From NCBI GenBank assembly GCA_965215505.1, contig OZ244065.1, forward strand, positions 4,288,001 to 4,352,000: a stretch of DNA of 64,000 nucleotides, read 5' to 3'. Below, piece after piece: positions 1-9,669 of this stretch. The translations under genes and the position numbers were made by a program. Source of the DNA: Capsulimonadaceae bacterium. Its GTDB lineage: Bacteria; Armatimonadota; Armatimonadia; Armatimonadales; Capsulimonadaceae. The stretch's first letter is position 1; each line of letters begins with the position of its first letter. A model generated the notes under the pieces. That model ran no database searches. It saw only the letters and a program-made list of their open reading frames with translations, and was not told the origin of the DNA.

Positions 1-145
1 CCGATGTTTTCCGCCTCTCCTCTAAAATACCGTGGCAAAAATCGGCACAAACGCAGGGGGCATCAACATACTTTAACATTCTTTCCCCTGTGGTTTTTGC
101 CGCGCCGGGCCGACAATCAGTACCAGAATTGCGGAGGAGAAACCG

Positions 146-1087
146 ATGCGCCTTGTGACACGGTCCGATTTTGATGGCCTGATCTGTGCGGTCCTGTTGA
201 AGCAGGTCGAGACGATTGACACGATCCAGTTCGTCCACCCGAAAGACTTGCAGGACGGCAAGTTTGAGGTGACCGAGGACGACATCCTGACCAACGTCCC
301 CTACGTCCCCGGCTGCGGCCTGTGGTTCGACCACCACGCCACCGAGGTCGAGCGCGTGGTCGGCAAGATAGACTTCCGGGGCGGGGACTGCCGGGTCGCC
401 CCGAGCGCCGCCCGCGTGGTCTACGACTACTACGGCGGGGCGGCCCGCTTCCCCGGCATCGAGGAGATGATGGCCGAGGTGGACAAGGCCGACTCGGCGC
501 AGTTCAGCGCCGACGACATCCTGCACCCCCAGGGCTGGCCCCTGCTGTCGTTCCTGATGGACGCCCGGACGGGCCTGGGCCGTTTCCGTGACTACCGCAT
601 CTCCAACTACCAACTGATGTACGACCTCATTGATGCGTGTCAGACCATGACCATCACCGAAATCCTGGCCCTGCCCGATGTCCGGGAGCGCGTCGTCCGC
701 TACTTCGAGCAGGACGCCCTGTTCCGAAGAATGCTCGCCGACCACTCGTGGACGCAGGGCAATGTGGTCGTCACGGACCTGCGCGGAGTCGAGACGATCC
801 CCTGCGGCAACCGCTTCCTGGTCTACGCCACCTTCCCCGAGGCGAACACCTCCGTCTGGATCGTCAACGGCTTCCAGGGGAAGAACTGCGTCTTCGCCTG
901 TGGCCACTCCATCCTGAACCGCACCTCCCGCACCCACATCGGTTCCCTCATGCGCCGCTTCGGCGGCGGCGGCCACGAGGCCGCCGGCACCTGTCAGGTC
1001 CCCCACGAGGAGGCCGAAGAAACCCTGAAGGAACTGGTGGCGGCGATGAACCGCGACGAATCCGTCGTCCTGGCGCTGGCGGCGTGA
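146..1087 (+). CDS. DHH-family phosphoesterase (exopolyphosphatase/oligoribonuclease NrnA-like)
   Basis: N-terminal SDFDG motif, WFDHH, C-terminal DHHA1 GGGH; GGAGGAG Shine-Dalgarno upstream of ATG 146. Confidence 0.85.
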   Translation: MRLVTRSDFDGLICAVLLKQVETIDTIQFVHPKDLQDGKFEVTEDDILTNVPYVPGCGLWFDHHATEVERVVGKIDFRGGDCRVAPSAARVVYDYYGGAARFPGIEEMMAEVDKADSAQFSADDILHPQGWPLLSFLMDARTGLGRFRDYRISNYQLMYDLIDACQTMTITEILALPDVRERVVRYFEQDALFRRMLADHSWTQGNVVVTDLRGVETIPCGNRFLVYATFPEANTSVWIVNGFQGKNCVFACGHSILNRTSRTHIGSLMRRFGGGGHEAAGTCQVPHEEAEETLKELVAAMNRDESVVLALAA

Positions 1088-1173
1088 CCTAATCCCGGCC
1101 CGAGCGCCGACCCTTCCCCAACAGGGAAGGGTCGGTCGGGCGCAGTTGCTCCGCGCTCGCGCCGGGGTTAGGT
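1087..1173. repeat. Nested palindromic element (REP-like or terminator)
   Basis: Near-perfect 21-bp outer inverted repeat acctaatcccggcccgagcgc / gcgctcgcgccggggttaggt enclosing the hairpin cgacccttccc-caaca-gggaagggtcg. Confidence 0.6.
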
Positions 1174-1200
1174 TCCCCCCTCCGGTGGTAGCATGACTCC

Positions 1201-1935
1201 ATGCCCGCCAAGCCCATAGCCCCCAGCCCCGAACTCATCCAAAAAGCCCTACTCGTTCACGACCGGCTGTGCGCCGAGTACGGCTGCCCCATCGCCTACT
1301 TCCACGACCTGGACCCCCTGAGCGAGCTGGTTTCGTCCCTGCTCTCGCACCGCACCAAGAACGCGGATTCGCATCGCGCCTTCCAGAACCTCCGAGCGCA
1401 GTTCCCCGACTGGGCCGCCGTGCGGGACGCGCCGACCGAGGCCGTGGAGGCCGCCCTGGCCCCCTGTACCTGGCCGGAGCAGAAGGCGCCGCGCGTCCAG
1501 GAAATCCTGCGGCGGATCGCGGACGAGCGCGGCGAACTGTCGCTGGACTTCCTGGAAAGCCTGCCCGTGCCCGAGGCCCGCGCCTGGATGGAGCGCCTGC
1601 CCGGCGTCGGCCCCAAGACCAGCGCCGCCGTCCTGGCCTTCAGCCGCCTCCGGGGCCGCGCCCTGCCCGTGGACAGCCACCACCACCGCGTCGCCGCCCG
1701 GCTCGGCCTGATCGGGCCGAAGGTGGACGTCGGCCCGTCCCACGCCCTCCTCGAAGAACAACTCCCCCCCGGATGGACCGCGCAGCAGGTCTACGACAAC
1801 CACGAAGCCCTGATGCTGCACGGCCAGCGCTGCTGCTTCTTCCAAAACCCCGCCTGCGGGCGCTGCGTCGTTCTCGACCTCTGCCCGTTCGGGCAGGCGC
1901 GCGTCGGGCGCGTCAGGCTGGACGCAAGGGGGTAG
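1201..1935 (+). CDS. Endonuclease III-like HhH-GPD DNA glycosylase with [4Fe-4S] cluster
   Basis: HhH motif LPGVGPKTS, catalytic PVD, Cys pattern C-x6-C-x2-C-x5-C (CFFQNPACGRCVVLDLC). Confidence 0.9.
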   Translation: MPAKPIAPSPELIQKALLVHDRLCAEYGCPIAYFHDLDPLSELVSSLLSHRTKNADSHRAFQNLRAQFPDWAAVRDAPTEAVEAALAPCTWPEQKAPRVQEILRRIADERGELSLDFLESLPVPEARAWMERLPGVGPKTSAAVLAFSRLRGRALPVDSHHHRVAARLGLIGPKVDVGPSHALLEEQLPPGWTAQQVYDNHEALMLHGQRCCFFQNPACGRCVVLDLCPFGQARVGRVRLDARG

Positions 1936-1983
1936 GGGACCAGGATGATGCGGGTATAACCTCGGCATAGAAAGCTGGTTCTC

Positions 1984-2925
1984 ATGCCCGAAGGTCCCGA
2001 AGTCCGACGCCACGCCGACGCCCTGGCGGCGGCATTGACCCCCCATCCACTCGTCTCCCTCACCGCCCGCACCAAGGCCGCCCGCGCCTGGCTGGCCGAG
2101 CGCCCCGGCCTGCTGGAAGGCCGGCGCATTGAAAGCGTCCGGTCGCGCGGCAAGAACCTGGTCGGGCGGATCGAGGGCGGCTACTACTTCTACTCGCACC
2201 TGATGATGTGGGGCCACTGGCACGTCTTCGCGGGCGACGCCGCCCCCGAAGCCGACCGCCGGGAGCGCGCCCGGATCGTCGTCCCCGAGGCCGCCGCCGT
2301 GCTGCTCTCCGCCCCCGTGTTCGAGGTCGGGGAGGGCGACCCCATGCAGGAAGTCGAGTTCCTGCGCCTTTTGGGGCCGGACACGCTGCCCTATCCCGGC
2401 GAGGGCGCTTTTGACGCCGCCTGCTTTCAGGCCCGCCTGCTGATGCCGTCGCACCGGTCGCGGACGATCGGGGCGGCCCTGCTCGACCAGACCATTTTGG
2501 CGGGCATTGGCAACTACCTCCGGGCTGAGATCCTGTTCGCCTGCCGCATGGACCCCTGGCGTCTGGTCGGGGACCTGACACCCGATGACCTGGACTGCCT
2601 GAGCGGGACCATCCCCGCCGTCGTTGCCCGCGCCTACTCGACCGGAGGCGTCACCGTCCCCGACGAAGCCCAGGCGCGGATGCGGGCCGAGCCGGGCCTG
2701 ACCTACAACCCGGACAGCGAGTGGGGGACGCGGCACTGGGTCTTCCGCCGGACGAACCTCCCGTGCCTTGTCTGCGGCGGGCCGATCCGCCAGAAGCGGC
2801 AGATGACGCGGCAGGACGAGGACGGCGAGAAGGAACGCATCACCTACTTCTGCCCCGTCTGCCAGGGAACCAGTGTGCCGCTGTCGCCCTTCAAGGCCAA
2901 GAAGAAGGCGGAGGCCCCGGCATGA
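1984..2925 (+). CDS. Fpg/Nei-family DNA glycosylase/AP lyase
   Basis: N-terminal MPEGPE, RGKNL, H2TH LLDQ..AGIGNYLRAEILF, zinc finger CLVC...CPVC. Confidence 0.92.
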   Translation: MPEGPEVRRHADALAAALTPHPLVSLTARTKAARAWLAERPGLLEGRRIESVRSRGKNLVGRIEGGYYFYSHLMMWGHWHVFAGDAAPEADRRERARIVVPEAAAVLLSAPVFEVGEGDPMQEVEFLRLLGPDTLPYPGEGAFDAACFQARLLMPSHRSRTIGAALLDQTILAGIGNYLRAEILFACRMDPWRLVGDLTPDDLDCLSGTIPAVVARAYSTGGVTVPDEAQARMRAEPGLTYNPDSEWGTRHWVFRRTNLPCLVCGGPIRQKRQMTRQDEDGEKERITYFCPVCQGTSVPLSPFKAKKKAEAPA

Positions 2926-4652
2926 ACCCTTCCGCTTTCCTCCACTTTGCCGAGACTGCGGAGTCGGTCGGCGCGACCACCAAGCGGCTCGAAAAGGCCG
3001 CCATCCTGGGCCTCTACTTCGCCGCCCTCCCCGATGACGACCTGCGCCATGCCGCCCGCTACTTCGCCGGGTACACCTTCCCGCTGCGCGACCAGCGGAC
3101 CACGAACGTCGGCGGCGCGGCCCTGCTTGCCGCGATCATCGCCGTCACGGGCGCGGACGAAACGCACGTCCGCGAGCGCCTGGTCGCCTTAGGCGATGCG
3201 GGCGACGTGGCGCATGAAGCCTTCGCCGCCTCGCCACAGGTCGCCCTTGTCCCTGTCCTGACCATCCCCCAGATCGCCGCGTTCCTGGAGACACTGTCGG
3301 CGACGGCGGGTACGAAGCGCAAGGTGGAACTAGTGACGGGCCTGCTGCGCGAGGCCTCCCCCTTGGAGGCCAAATACGTCGTCAAGTTGCTGGGCGGCGA
3401 CCTGCGGATCGGGCTGAAAGAGGGCGCGGTGGAGGACGCCGTTGCCCGCCTCGCCGCCGTCACCGTCGGCCAAGTCCAGTGGGTCAATATGCTGGAAGGC
3501 GACATCGGCGAGACGGCCCTGCTGGCCCGGCAGGGGCGGCTGGGTGAGGCACGGATGCGCCTGTTCCACCCCCTGAAGTTCATGCTGGCGACGCCCGCCG
3601 CAGACCTCGCCGATGTCGCCCGGCAGATGCCGATCCCTTTCGTCGTGGAAGACAAGTTCGACGGCATCCGCGCCCAGGCCCACATCGCCCCGCACATCCA
3701 GGGCGACGGCATCCTGCACGGCGTCGCCCACGAAGGCCGCCGCGTCGCCCTCTTCTCGCGGACTTTGGACGAGATCACCGAGAGCTTCCCCGACCTGGTC
3801 GCGCCGCTGGCCGCCCTGCTCCCCGACTCGGCTTCCGCCTCGGGCCTCATCCTCGACGGCGAGATCATCCCCGTCTTGGGCGACCTGACCCTGCCCTTCC
3901 TTCAACTCCAAAAGCGCCTGGGCCGCAAGACGCTGACCGACGCCCTTCGGGCCGAGGTGCCCGTCGCCTTCGTCCCCTATGACGTGCTGTATGCCGAAGG
4001 TCGGGTGCTGATCGAGGAGCCGTTTTCCGCCCGCCGGGCCATCCTGGAAACGCTGCCCGCCGACGGCATCGGGGTACGCCGGGCCGGCTCCGAGCTGTTC
4101 ACCGAGACTGCCGCGCTGGACGCTGCCTTTGACGCCGCCCGCGCGCGCGGCAACGAGGGCCTGATGGTCAAAGACCCCGCCTCGCCTTACAAGCCGGGCC
4201 GGCGCGGGCGGGACTGGCTCAAAATAAAACGCGCCTTGGCGACGCTGGACGTGGTCATCACGGCGGCTCAGGTGGGCGAAGGACGGCGCAGCAGGTTCCT
4301 GTCGGATTACACCTTCGCCGTCCGCGCGAGCGAAACCGACCCGACTCTGCTGAACGTCGGCAAGGCCTACTCGGGCCTGACCGATGTGGAGACGCAGGAG
4401 CTTTCCGACTGGTGCCGCGCCCACACCTTGCAGGAGTTCGCCCACGGCAAGGTGCGGACCGTTGAGCCTTTGGTCGTGCTGGAGATCACCTTCGACCGCG
4501 TCCAGGCGTCCGCCCGTCACAAGAGCGGCTACGCCCTGCGCTTCCCGCGCATCCTACGCCGCCGCCCCGACAAGCCCGCCGCCGAGGTAGACACACTGGA
4601 AACGGTCCGGCGGCTGGCCGAGGCCGAAGGAGGCACGGCCGATGACGCTTGA
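2922..4652 (+). CDS. ATP-dependent DNA ligase (DBD-adenylation-OB, LigB/archaeal-like)
   Basis: Motif I EDKFDG, LDGE, EGLMVK, WLKIK, LRFPR; start set at ATG 2922, which overlaps the Nei stop (ATGA). Confidence 0.93.
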   Translation: MNPSAFLHFAETAESVGATTKRLEKAAILGLYFAALPDDDLRHAARYFAGYTFPLRDQRTTNVGGAALLAAIIAVTGADETHVRERLVALGDAGDVAHEAFAASPQVALVPVLTIPQIAAFLETLSATAGTKRKVELVTGLLREASPLEAKYVVKLLGGDLRIGLKEGAVEDAVARLAAVTVGQVQWVNMLEGDIGETALLARQGRLGEARMRLFHPLKFMLATPAADLADVARQMPIPFVVEDKFDGIRAQAHIAPHIQGDGILHGVAHEGRRVALFSRTLDEITESFPDLVAPLAALLPDSASASGLILDGEIIPVLGDLTLPFLQLQKRLGRKTLTDALRAEVPVAFVPYDVLYAEGRVLIEEPFSARRAILETLPADGIGVRRAGSELFTETAALDAAFDAARARGNEGLMVKDPASPYKPGRRGRDWLKIKRALATLDVVITAAQVGEGRRSRFLSDYTFAVRASETDPTLLNVGKAYSGLTDVETQELSDWCRAHTLQEFAHGKVRTVEPLVVLEITFDRVQASARHKSGYALRFPRILRRRPDKPAAEVDTLETVRRLAEAEGGTADDA

Positions 4653-5730
4653 CCCCATTCCCGACCCGACACCCGATCTGTCAACCGCCCGCGCGGCTTT
4701 CCAGGCCTTCGTCGAGCCGATCCCGCGCGACGCCGCCGTCGCCGCCCTGCACGACTCGGACGCCGACGGGCTGGCGGCGGGCGTCCTCTGGCAGCGCGGC
4801 CTGGAACGGCTGGGCTTCTCGAACATCCACCGCCTCCTGCCGGACCGCCAGCGCAGCGCGTGGAGCGAGGGCAACCGCGAGACAATCAAGGCTGCAAACC
4901 CGGACCGGCTGTTCGTCCTGGACCTGGGCAGCCAGCCCGAGCCGGTCCTGCCCGGCGTCCTGACCTGCTTCGTGGACCACCACCGGCCCGGCGGCGTCCC
5001 TGACGGCGACACCCTGGTCAGCGCCTACGCTTGGGACCCCATCCCGACCACCGCGCTGTTGACCTGGGAGCTGCTGGCCGGACTGACCGACGTGGCCGAC
5101 CTGGACTGGGTCGCCGCCATCGGGCTGATGGGGGACCTCGGCGATGCGGCCCCGTTCCCGATGCTGGCCGAGGCCAAGAAGCGCTACACCGCCAAGTATC
5201 TGAAAGAGGCCGTCGCCCTGCTCAACGCCGCCCGCCGGGCCGCCCGCTACGACCCCGAGGCGGCGGCCCGTGCCCTGCTCGCCCATGCCGACCCGCGCGA
5301 ACTGGTCAGTTCGTTGAGCGCCGACGTGCAGGCACTGCGCGCGGCCCGTGAGGAGGTCAAGGCGGCCATGGAAGAAGCTAAGAAAGCCGCGCCCGTCTTC
5401 AGCGGGCAAGTGGCACTCATCCGCGCCTCGTCCCCCTGCCAGATCCACCCGCTCGTCGCCCAGATCTGGCGGACACGCCTGCCCAAGTTCATCGTCCTCG
5501 CCGCGAACGACGCCTACCTGCCGGGCCGCGTCAACTTCTCCGCCCGCGCCGCTCGGGGTGTGAACGTCTTGGAGTTCCTGCGCTCCGTCCCGCTCCCGCC
5601 CGGCGAAGGCAATTTCGGCCAGGGCCACGACCAGGCCTCGGGCGGCAGCCTGCCCATCGCCCGCTGGAACGCGCTGCTGGCCGCGCTCGGCTTCGCAGCC
5701 GACGTGTTCGCGCCGGAGAACGCGGGTTGA
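4642..5730 (+). CDS. RecJ-like DHH/DHHA1 phosphoesterase
   Basis: HDSDADG, VLDLG, VDHH, SAR and GQGHDQASGG motifs; overlaps the ligase stop by 11 nt. Confidence 0.8.
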   Translation: MTLDPIPDPTPDLSTARAAFQAFVEPIPRDAAVAALHDSDADGLAAGVLWQRGLERLGFSNIHRLLPDRQRSAWSEGNRETIKAANPDRLFVLDLGSQPEPVLPGVLTCFVDHHRPGGVPDGDTLVSAYAWDPIPTTALLTWELLAGLTDVADLDWVAAIGLMGDLGDAAPFPMLAEAKKRYTAKYLKEAVALLNAARRAARYDPEAAARALLAHADPRELVSSLSADVQALRAAREEVKAAMEEAKKAAPVFSGQVALIRASSPCQIHPLVAQIWRTRLPKFIVLAANDAYLPGRVNFSARAARGVNVLEFLRSVPLPPGEGNFGQGHDQASGGSLPIARWNALLAALGFAADVFAPENAG

Positions 5731-5731
5731 G

Positions 5732-5949
5732 GTCGCCACGGGTTGAAACCCGAGGCACCGAAGTCCCCAGCGTCCAGGGGACGCAAGACTATAGGATTCA
5801 GAACGATGTCGTGTAGGGGCGGGGTCCCCCCGCCCTCCTATATTCCTTGCCCTCCTGTATTCCTTGCCGCCCTATCCCCGCCATGTCCTCATCCTAACGT
5901 CGCTTTGACGGTGGGCTTTTCGGTGCCTCGGGTTTCAACCCGTGGCGAC
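5732..5949. repeat. REPIN/MITE-like element, family A, copy 1
   Basis: Perfect 31-bp terminal inverted repeats (5732-5762 and 5919-5949); internal gtaggggcggggtccccccgccctcc hairpin; near-identical copy at 43971-44143. Confidence 0.85.
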
Positions 5950-5983
5950 TCTCAACACCCTACCGGCAGGGTACAATCATCCC

Positions 5984-6685
5984 ATGAGCATACAGGCACA
6001 GCCCGTGCAGCCGTCGGATCGGCTCGGCATGACCGAGGAGCAGTGGGCGCAGTGGCAGGCTTACACGCGCGGCTTCGGGGAGCAGGATGAGAATGGCGTG
6101 GACGTCTCCCTGTTGCGCCGGAACCTGCGCCTCTCGCCCTGGGAGCGGCTGGAAAAGATGGAGCGCGAACTCGCGTTTTTCAAGGAGGACACTATGAGAC
6201 CGGATAACGACTTTCAGCGGATCATCGTGGCGCTGGACGCCAGCGGCCTGCGGTTCGTGATCATCGGCGGGATCGCCATGCGCCTGCAAGGGGCATCGCA
6301 CATCACGGACGACATCGATTTCGCGTTCGCCCGCGACCCGCAAAGCCTGGGAGCCTTGGTGAGCGCCCTCGCGCCCTACCACCCGCGCCTGCGCGGTGCG
6401 CCCGCCGGGCTGCCGTTCTTCTGGGACCTGCGGACCCTCCAGACATCGGTCAACATGACTTTGGAAACGGACGCCGGTTCCGTGGACCTCGTAGGCGAGC
6501 CTGACGGCGTCGTCTCCTTCGAGGACCTCTGGGAAGGGGCGACGGTTATAGAGCGTCAGGGCGTTCAAGTCCGGGTGGCCTCTGTGGAGGCTTTGATCGC
6601 GATGAAGCGCGCCGCCGGTCGGCCCAAAGATTACGGGCATTTGCTGGAACTGGAACGTCTGCTTAAAGTCAACTCGGGGGAGTAG
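5984..6685 (+). CDS. Minimal nucleotidyltransferase-like protein with fused N-terminal small module
   Basis: IIGGIA...ITDDID Pol-beta-type motif and LIAMKRAAGRPKD; N-terminal GVDVSLLRRNLRLSPWERL segment; internal AAGGAGG plus in-frame ATG at 6194. Confidence 0.75.
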   Translation: MSIQAQPVQPSDRLGMTEEQWAQWQAYTRGFGEQDENGVDVSLLRRNLRLSPWERLEKMERELAFFKEDTMRPDNDFQRIIVALDASGLRFVIIGGIAMRLQGASHITDDIDFAFARDPQSLGALVSALAPYHPRLRGAPAGLPFFWDLRTLQTSVNMTLETDAGSVDLVGEPDGVVSFEDLWEGATVIERQGVQVRVASVEALIAMKRAAGRPKDYGHLLELERLLKVNSGE

Positions 6686-6790
6686 TGACTCTGTTGCCTT
6701 CCCTGCGGCGTTTCAGGAACGCCAGTGATGTTCTGGAAGGAGGGCGTTTAATCAATATGTACCTATTGTGCGGAGGCGGGAGGCATCTTG

Positions 6791-7018
6791 ATGAGATTAG
6801 GGGCTGGTTCTGGTGCGTCCAGTTTGGCCTACGGGCTGGCATTGTGGACGGCTGTTCCTATCGTGATGATAGTCGGTGCCGTGCTTGATCGTATCCTGCG
6901 GAAGAAGGGGCGATTGTACCTGCTGCCCCGAATACTGTGGCCTGCATTCGCGCTCTTAGTGTTTCTGTTCTTGTTTATCTACTCGCGTCACTACAATGCT
7001 ATGGTGATCGCCCATTGA
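6791..7018 (+). CDS. Small hypothetical membrane protein
   Basis: Two hydrophobic helices separated by RKKGR; GGAGG upstream; lower GC than the flanks. Confidence 0.45.
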   Translation: MRLGAGSGASSLAYGLALWTAVPIVMIVGAVLDRILRKKGRLYLLPRILWPAFALLVFLFLFIYSRHYNAMVIAH

Positions 7019-7173
7019 GCGCACTATGATGGGAGTTGGAGCGTGCAGAGGGGCGGCGTGTGAGAGGGTGCATTGGCCTGTCTGACCTTCGAGGCATTAT
7101 ACCGCCAGGCTGACAAGATCGCCCGGCAATAACGGTTTTGTGTCTGGTATAATAGCCGCATCAAGGGGACCCC

Positions 7174-7623
7174 ATGTGCCGAATACTCGTTGTGGATGAT
7201 GAAGAGGAAGTGCGCGAGGCCGTGCAGCGGCGGCTCGTCCGCGAGGGATACCGCGTCGAGACCGCGCCGGGTGAGGCGGCGGGGATTGAGAAGATGCACC
7301 ACGCCGAGCGGGCCTATGACATCGTCATCACCGACATGAGCATGGAGGATTCGGGGTCCGGCATACGCATCCTGGAGAACGCCGTCTCGCGCGACGTCTT
7401 CACCGAGGTCATCGTGCTGACCGCCTACGGCAATGTCGCCAACGCCGTCGAGTGCATGAAGCGCGGCGCCTTCGACTACGTCGAGAAGAACATGCCCGGC
7501 GTGGACGTCTTCGAGCTGCTGTGCCTCAAAGTGGCGCAGGCCGTCGAGCGACGCCGGGGGGCCGTGGACACCGTCCGACGGCTCGAAGCGTTCACCAAAA
7601 GCCGGGGCGGGCTTGACCTCTAA
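7174..7623 (+). CDS. Stand-alone response regulator receiver domain (NtrC-type REC)
   Basis: ILVVDDE, DIVITD, LTAYG, GAFDYVEK. Confidence 0.9.
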   Translation: MCRILVVDDEEEVREAVQRRLVREGYRVETAPGEAAGIEKMHHAERAYDIVITDMSMEDSGSGIRILENAVSRDVFTEVIVLTAYGNVANAVECMKRGAFDYVEKNMPGVDVFELLCLKVAQAVERRRGAVDTVRRLEAFTKSRGGLDL

Positions 7624-7689
7624 AGCATCCATGAAGCACTCGGGCGGGGCTGATGTTTGGCCTCCTTCAGATGGGGAGAAGAAGGCAGC

Positions 7690-9669
7690 ATGACACAGAT
7701 TTCGGGCGACATTCTCCAATCCTGGGACGAAGCCTCGCGGCGCGAGTGGCTCGTCACCAACGGCATCGGCGGCTACGCGATGGGCAGCCTCGCCGGGGCC
7801 AACACGCGCCGCTATCACGGCCTGCTCGTTCCCGCCTTCTCGCCGCCGCTCGGCCGCGCCGTCCTGCTTTCCAAGGTGGAAGAGGAGGTGCGGGTCGAGG
7901 ACCAGCTTTATCAGCTCGCGGCCAATAAATACCCCAGCGTCGTCCAGCCCCAGGGCTTCCGGCATCTGACCTACTTCGGGACGCGCCCCGTCCCGACCTT
8001 CACCTTCATCTTCCACGAAGAAACCGTCGTGCTGGAAAAGCGCGTCTGGATGGCGCACGGCCGGAACACCGTCTACGTCCAGTACACCTTGGTGAAGGCC
8101 CCCGAACCCGTCCGGCTGGGATTGGTGCCCCTCCTGGCCTACAAGGATTACCACACGGAGCAGCATCGGTGGGACGGCTTCACCTGCGACCTGACCTTCG
8201 AGCCGGACGGCCGGCTCCAGTGCGTCGCCTTCCCGACGGCCAACCCGCTCTTCCTCCAGGTGAAGCCGCCTTTCGCCTTTGATGACCACAAGGGCTGGTT
8301 CTATAACTTCGAACACCCGCGCGAGCAGGAGCGCGGGCTGGACTTCACCGAGGACCTGTACTGCCCCGGCCGCTTTGGCGGCGTCCTCGCGCCGGGCGAA
8401 ACCGTCACGCTGACCGCGACCGTCGAGGCCGAGCCGCCCGACGCGCCGGAGGAGGCATTGGCCGCCGAGATCGCCCGCCAGAAGGGGCTTCTGGCCCAGG
8501 CCGGTGTCCCGCCTGGCGACGACGCCCGCGAGGCGCTGACCCTGGCCGCCGACCAGTTCCTCATCGAGAAATCCCCCCGCGTCGCCCGCTCGACGGTCAT
8601 GGCCGGATACCCCTGGTTCACCGACTGGGGCCGGGACACCATGATCGCACTGCCCGGCCTGTGCCTGACCACGGGGCGGCACGGCGTCGCCCGCGAGATA
8701 CTGACCTCGTTCGCGGGCGCGGTCCAGAACGGCCTCCTGCCCAACCGCTTCTCGGACGGCGGGGGGGGGGCCGAGTACAACACCGTGGATGCCAGCCTGT
8801 GGTTCTTCCACGCCGTCCATGCCTACGCGCAGGCGTCGGGGGATTGGGAGTTCGCGCAGAGCGAGATGCTGCCCGTCCTGCACACCATCCTGGATGCCCA
8901 CATCAAGGGCACCGACTACGACATCGGCGTGGACCCCGCCGACGGCCTGCTCCACGCCGGCCATCCGGGCGTACAACTCACCTGGATGGACGCCAAGGTC
9001 GGCGACTGGGTGGTGACGCCGCGCACCGGCAAGCCGGTCGAGATCAACGCGCTCTGGCACAACGCCCTTTGTGTGACAGCGGACCTCGCCGAGCGCGCCG
9101 GGCAGGCGGACCTCGCTGCCGACTGCGCCAAGCGCGCCGCCCAGGCCAAGGCATCGTTCGCCGACGCCTTCTGGAACCCCGCCACGCACTCCCTGTTCGA
9201 CGTCATCGGCCCGGACGGTCGGCCCGACGCCTCGCTCCGGCCCAACCAGATCTTCGCCGTCAGCCTGCCCTTCCCGGTGGTCGCGGGCGACCAGGCCAAG
9301 ACCGTCGTGGACGCCGTCGCCGAGTCCCTGCTGACCCCGTTCGGCCTGCGGACACTCGCCCCCGGCTCGCCCGATTACCACGCGCAGTACGCGCCGGGCG
9401 ACCCGGCCGCCCGCGACGGGGCCTACCACCAGGGCACCGTCTGGCCCTGGCTGCTCGGGGCCTTCTGCGACGCCCACCTGAAAGTCTACGGCGACAAGCC
9501 GAAGGCCCGCGCCCTCCTGAGCGCCCTCCTGGGGCCGGGCCTGTCCCAGTACGGCGTCGGCAGCCTCTCCGAGATCGCCGACGGCGACGCCCCCCACGCG
9601 CCCAACGGCTGCCCCGCCCAGGCCTGGAGCGTCGCCGAGGTCCTGCGGGCGTATGTGATGCTGGCGTAA
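7690..9669 (+). CDS. Glycogen debranching enzyme (amylo-alpha-1,6-glucosidase family)
   Basis: EWLVTNGIGGYA, AGYPWFTDWGRDTMI, TWMDAK, YHQGTVWPW, GCPAQAWS. Confidence 0.92.
   Translation: MTQISGDILQSWDEASRREWLVTNGIGGYAMGSLAGANTRRYHGLLVPAFSPPLGRAVLLSKVEEEVRVEDQLYQLAANKYPSVVQPQGFRHLTYFGTRPVPTFTFIFHEETVVLEKRVWMAHGRNTVYVQYTLVKAPEPVRLGLVPLLAYKDYHTEQHRWDGFTCDLTFEPDGRLQCVAFPTANPLFLQVKPPFAFDDHKGWFYNFEHPREQERGLDFTEDLYCPGRFGGVLAPGETVTLTATVEAEPPDAPEEALAAEIARQKGLLAQAGVPPGDDAREALTLAADQFLIEKSPRVARSTVMAGYPWFTDWGRDTMIALPGLCLTTGRHGVAREILTSFAGAVQNGLLPNRFSDGGGGAEYNTVDASLWFFHAVHAYAQASGDWEFAQSEMLPVLHTILDAHIKGTDYDIGVDPADGLLHAGHPGVQLTWMDAKVGDWVVTPRTGKPVEINALWHNALCVTADLAERAGQADLAADCAKRAAQAKASFADAFWNPATHSLFDVIGPDGRPDASLRPNQIFAVSLPFPVVAGDQAKTVVDAVAESLLTPFGLRTLAPGSPDYHAQYAPGDPAARDGAYHQGTVWPWLLGAFCDAHLKVYGDKPKARALLSALLGPGLSQYGVGSLSEIADGDAPHAPNGCPAQAWSVAEVLRAYVMLA

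Noticed and set aside
2922-4652. NHEJ (LigD/Ku) system
   Set aside because: The ligase lacks polymerase and phosphoesterase domains, and no Ku gene is in the window
5732-5949. Autonomous IS element
   Set aside because: Too short, no transposase ORF and no clear target-site duplication
6685-6888. 67-aa ORF following the nucleotidyltransferase as a cognate toxin/HEPN partner
   Set aside because: No SD, no motif and it overlaps a better membrane-protein candidate
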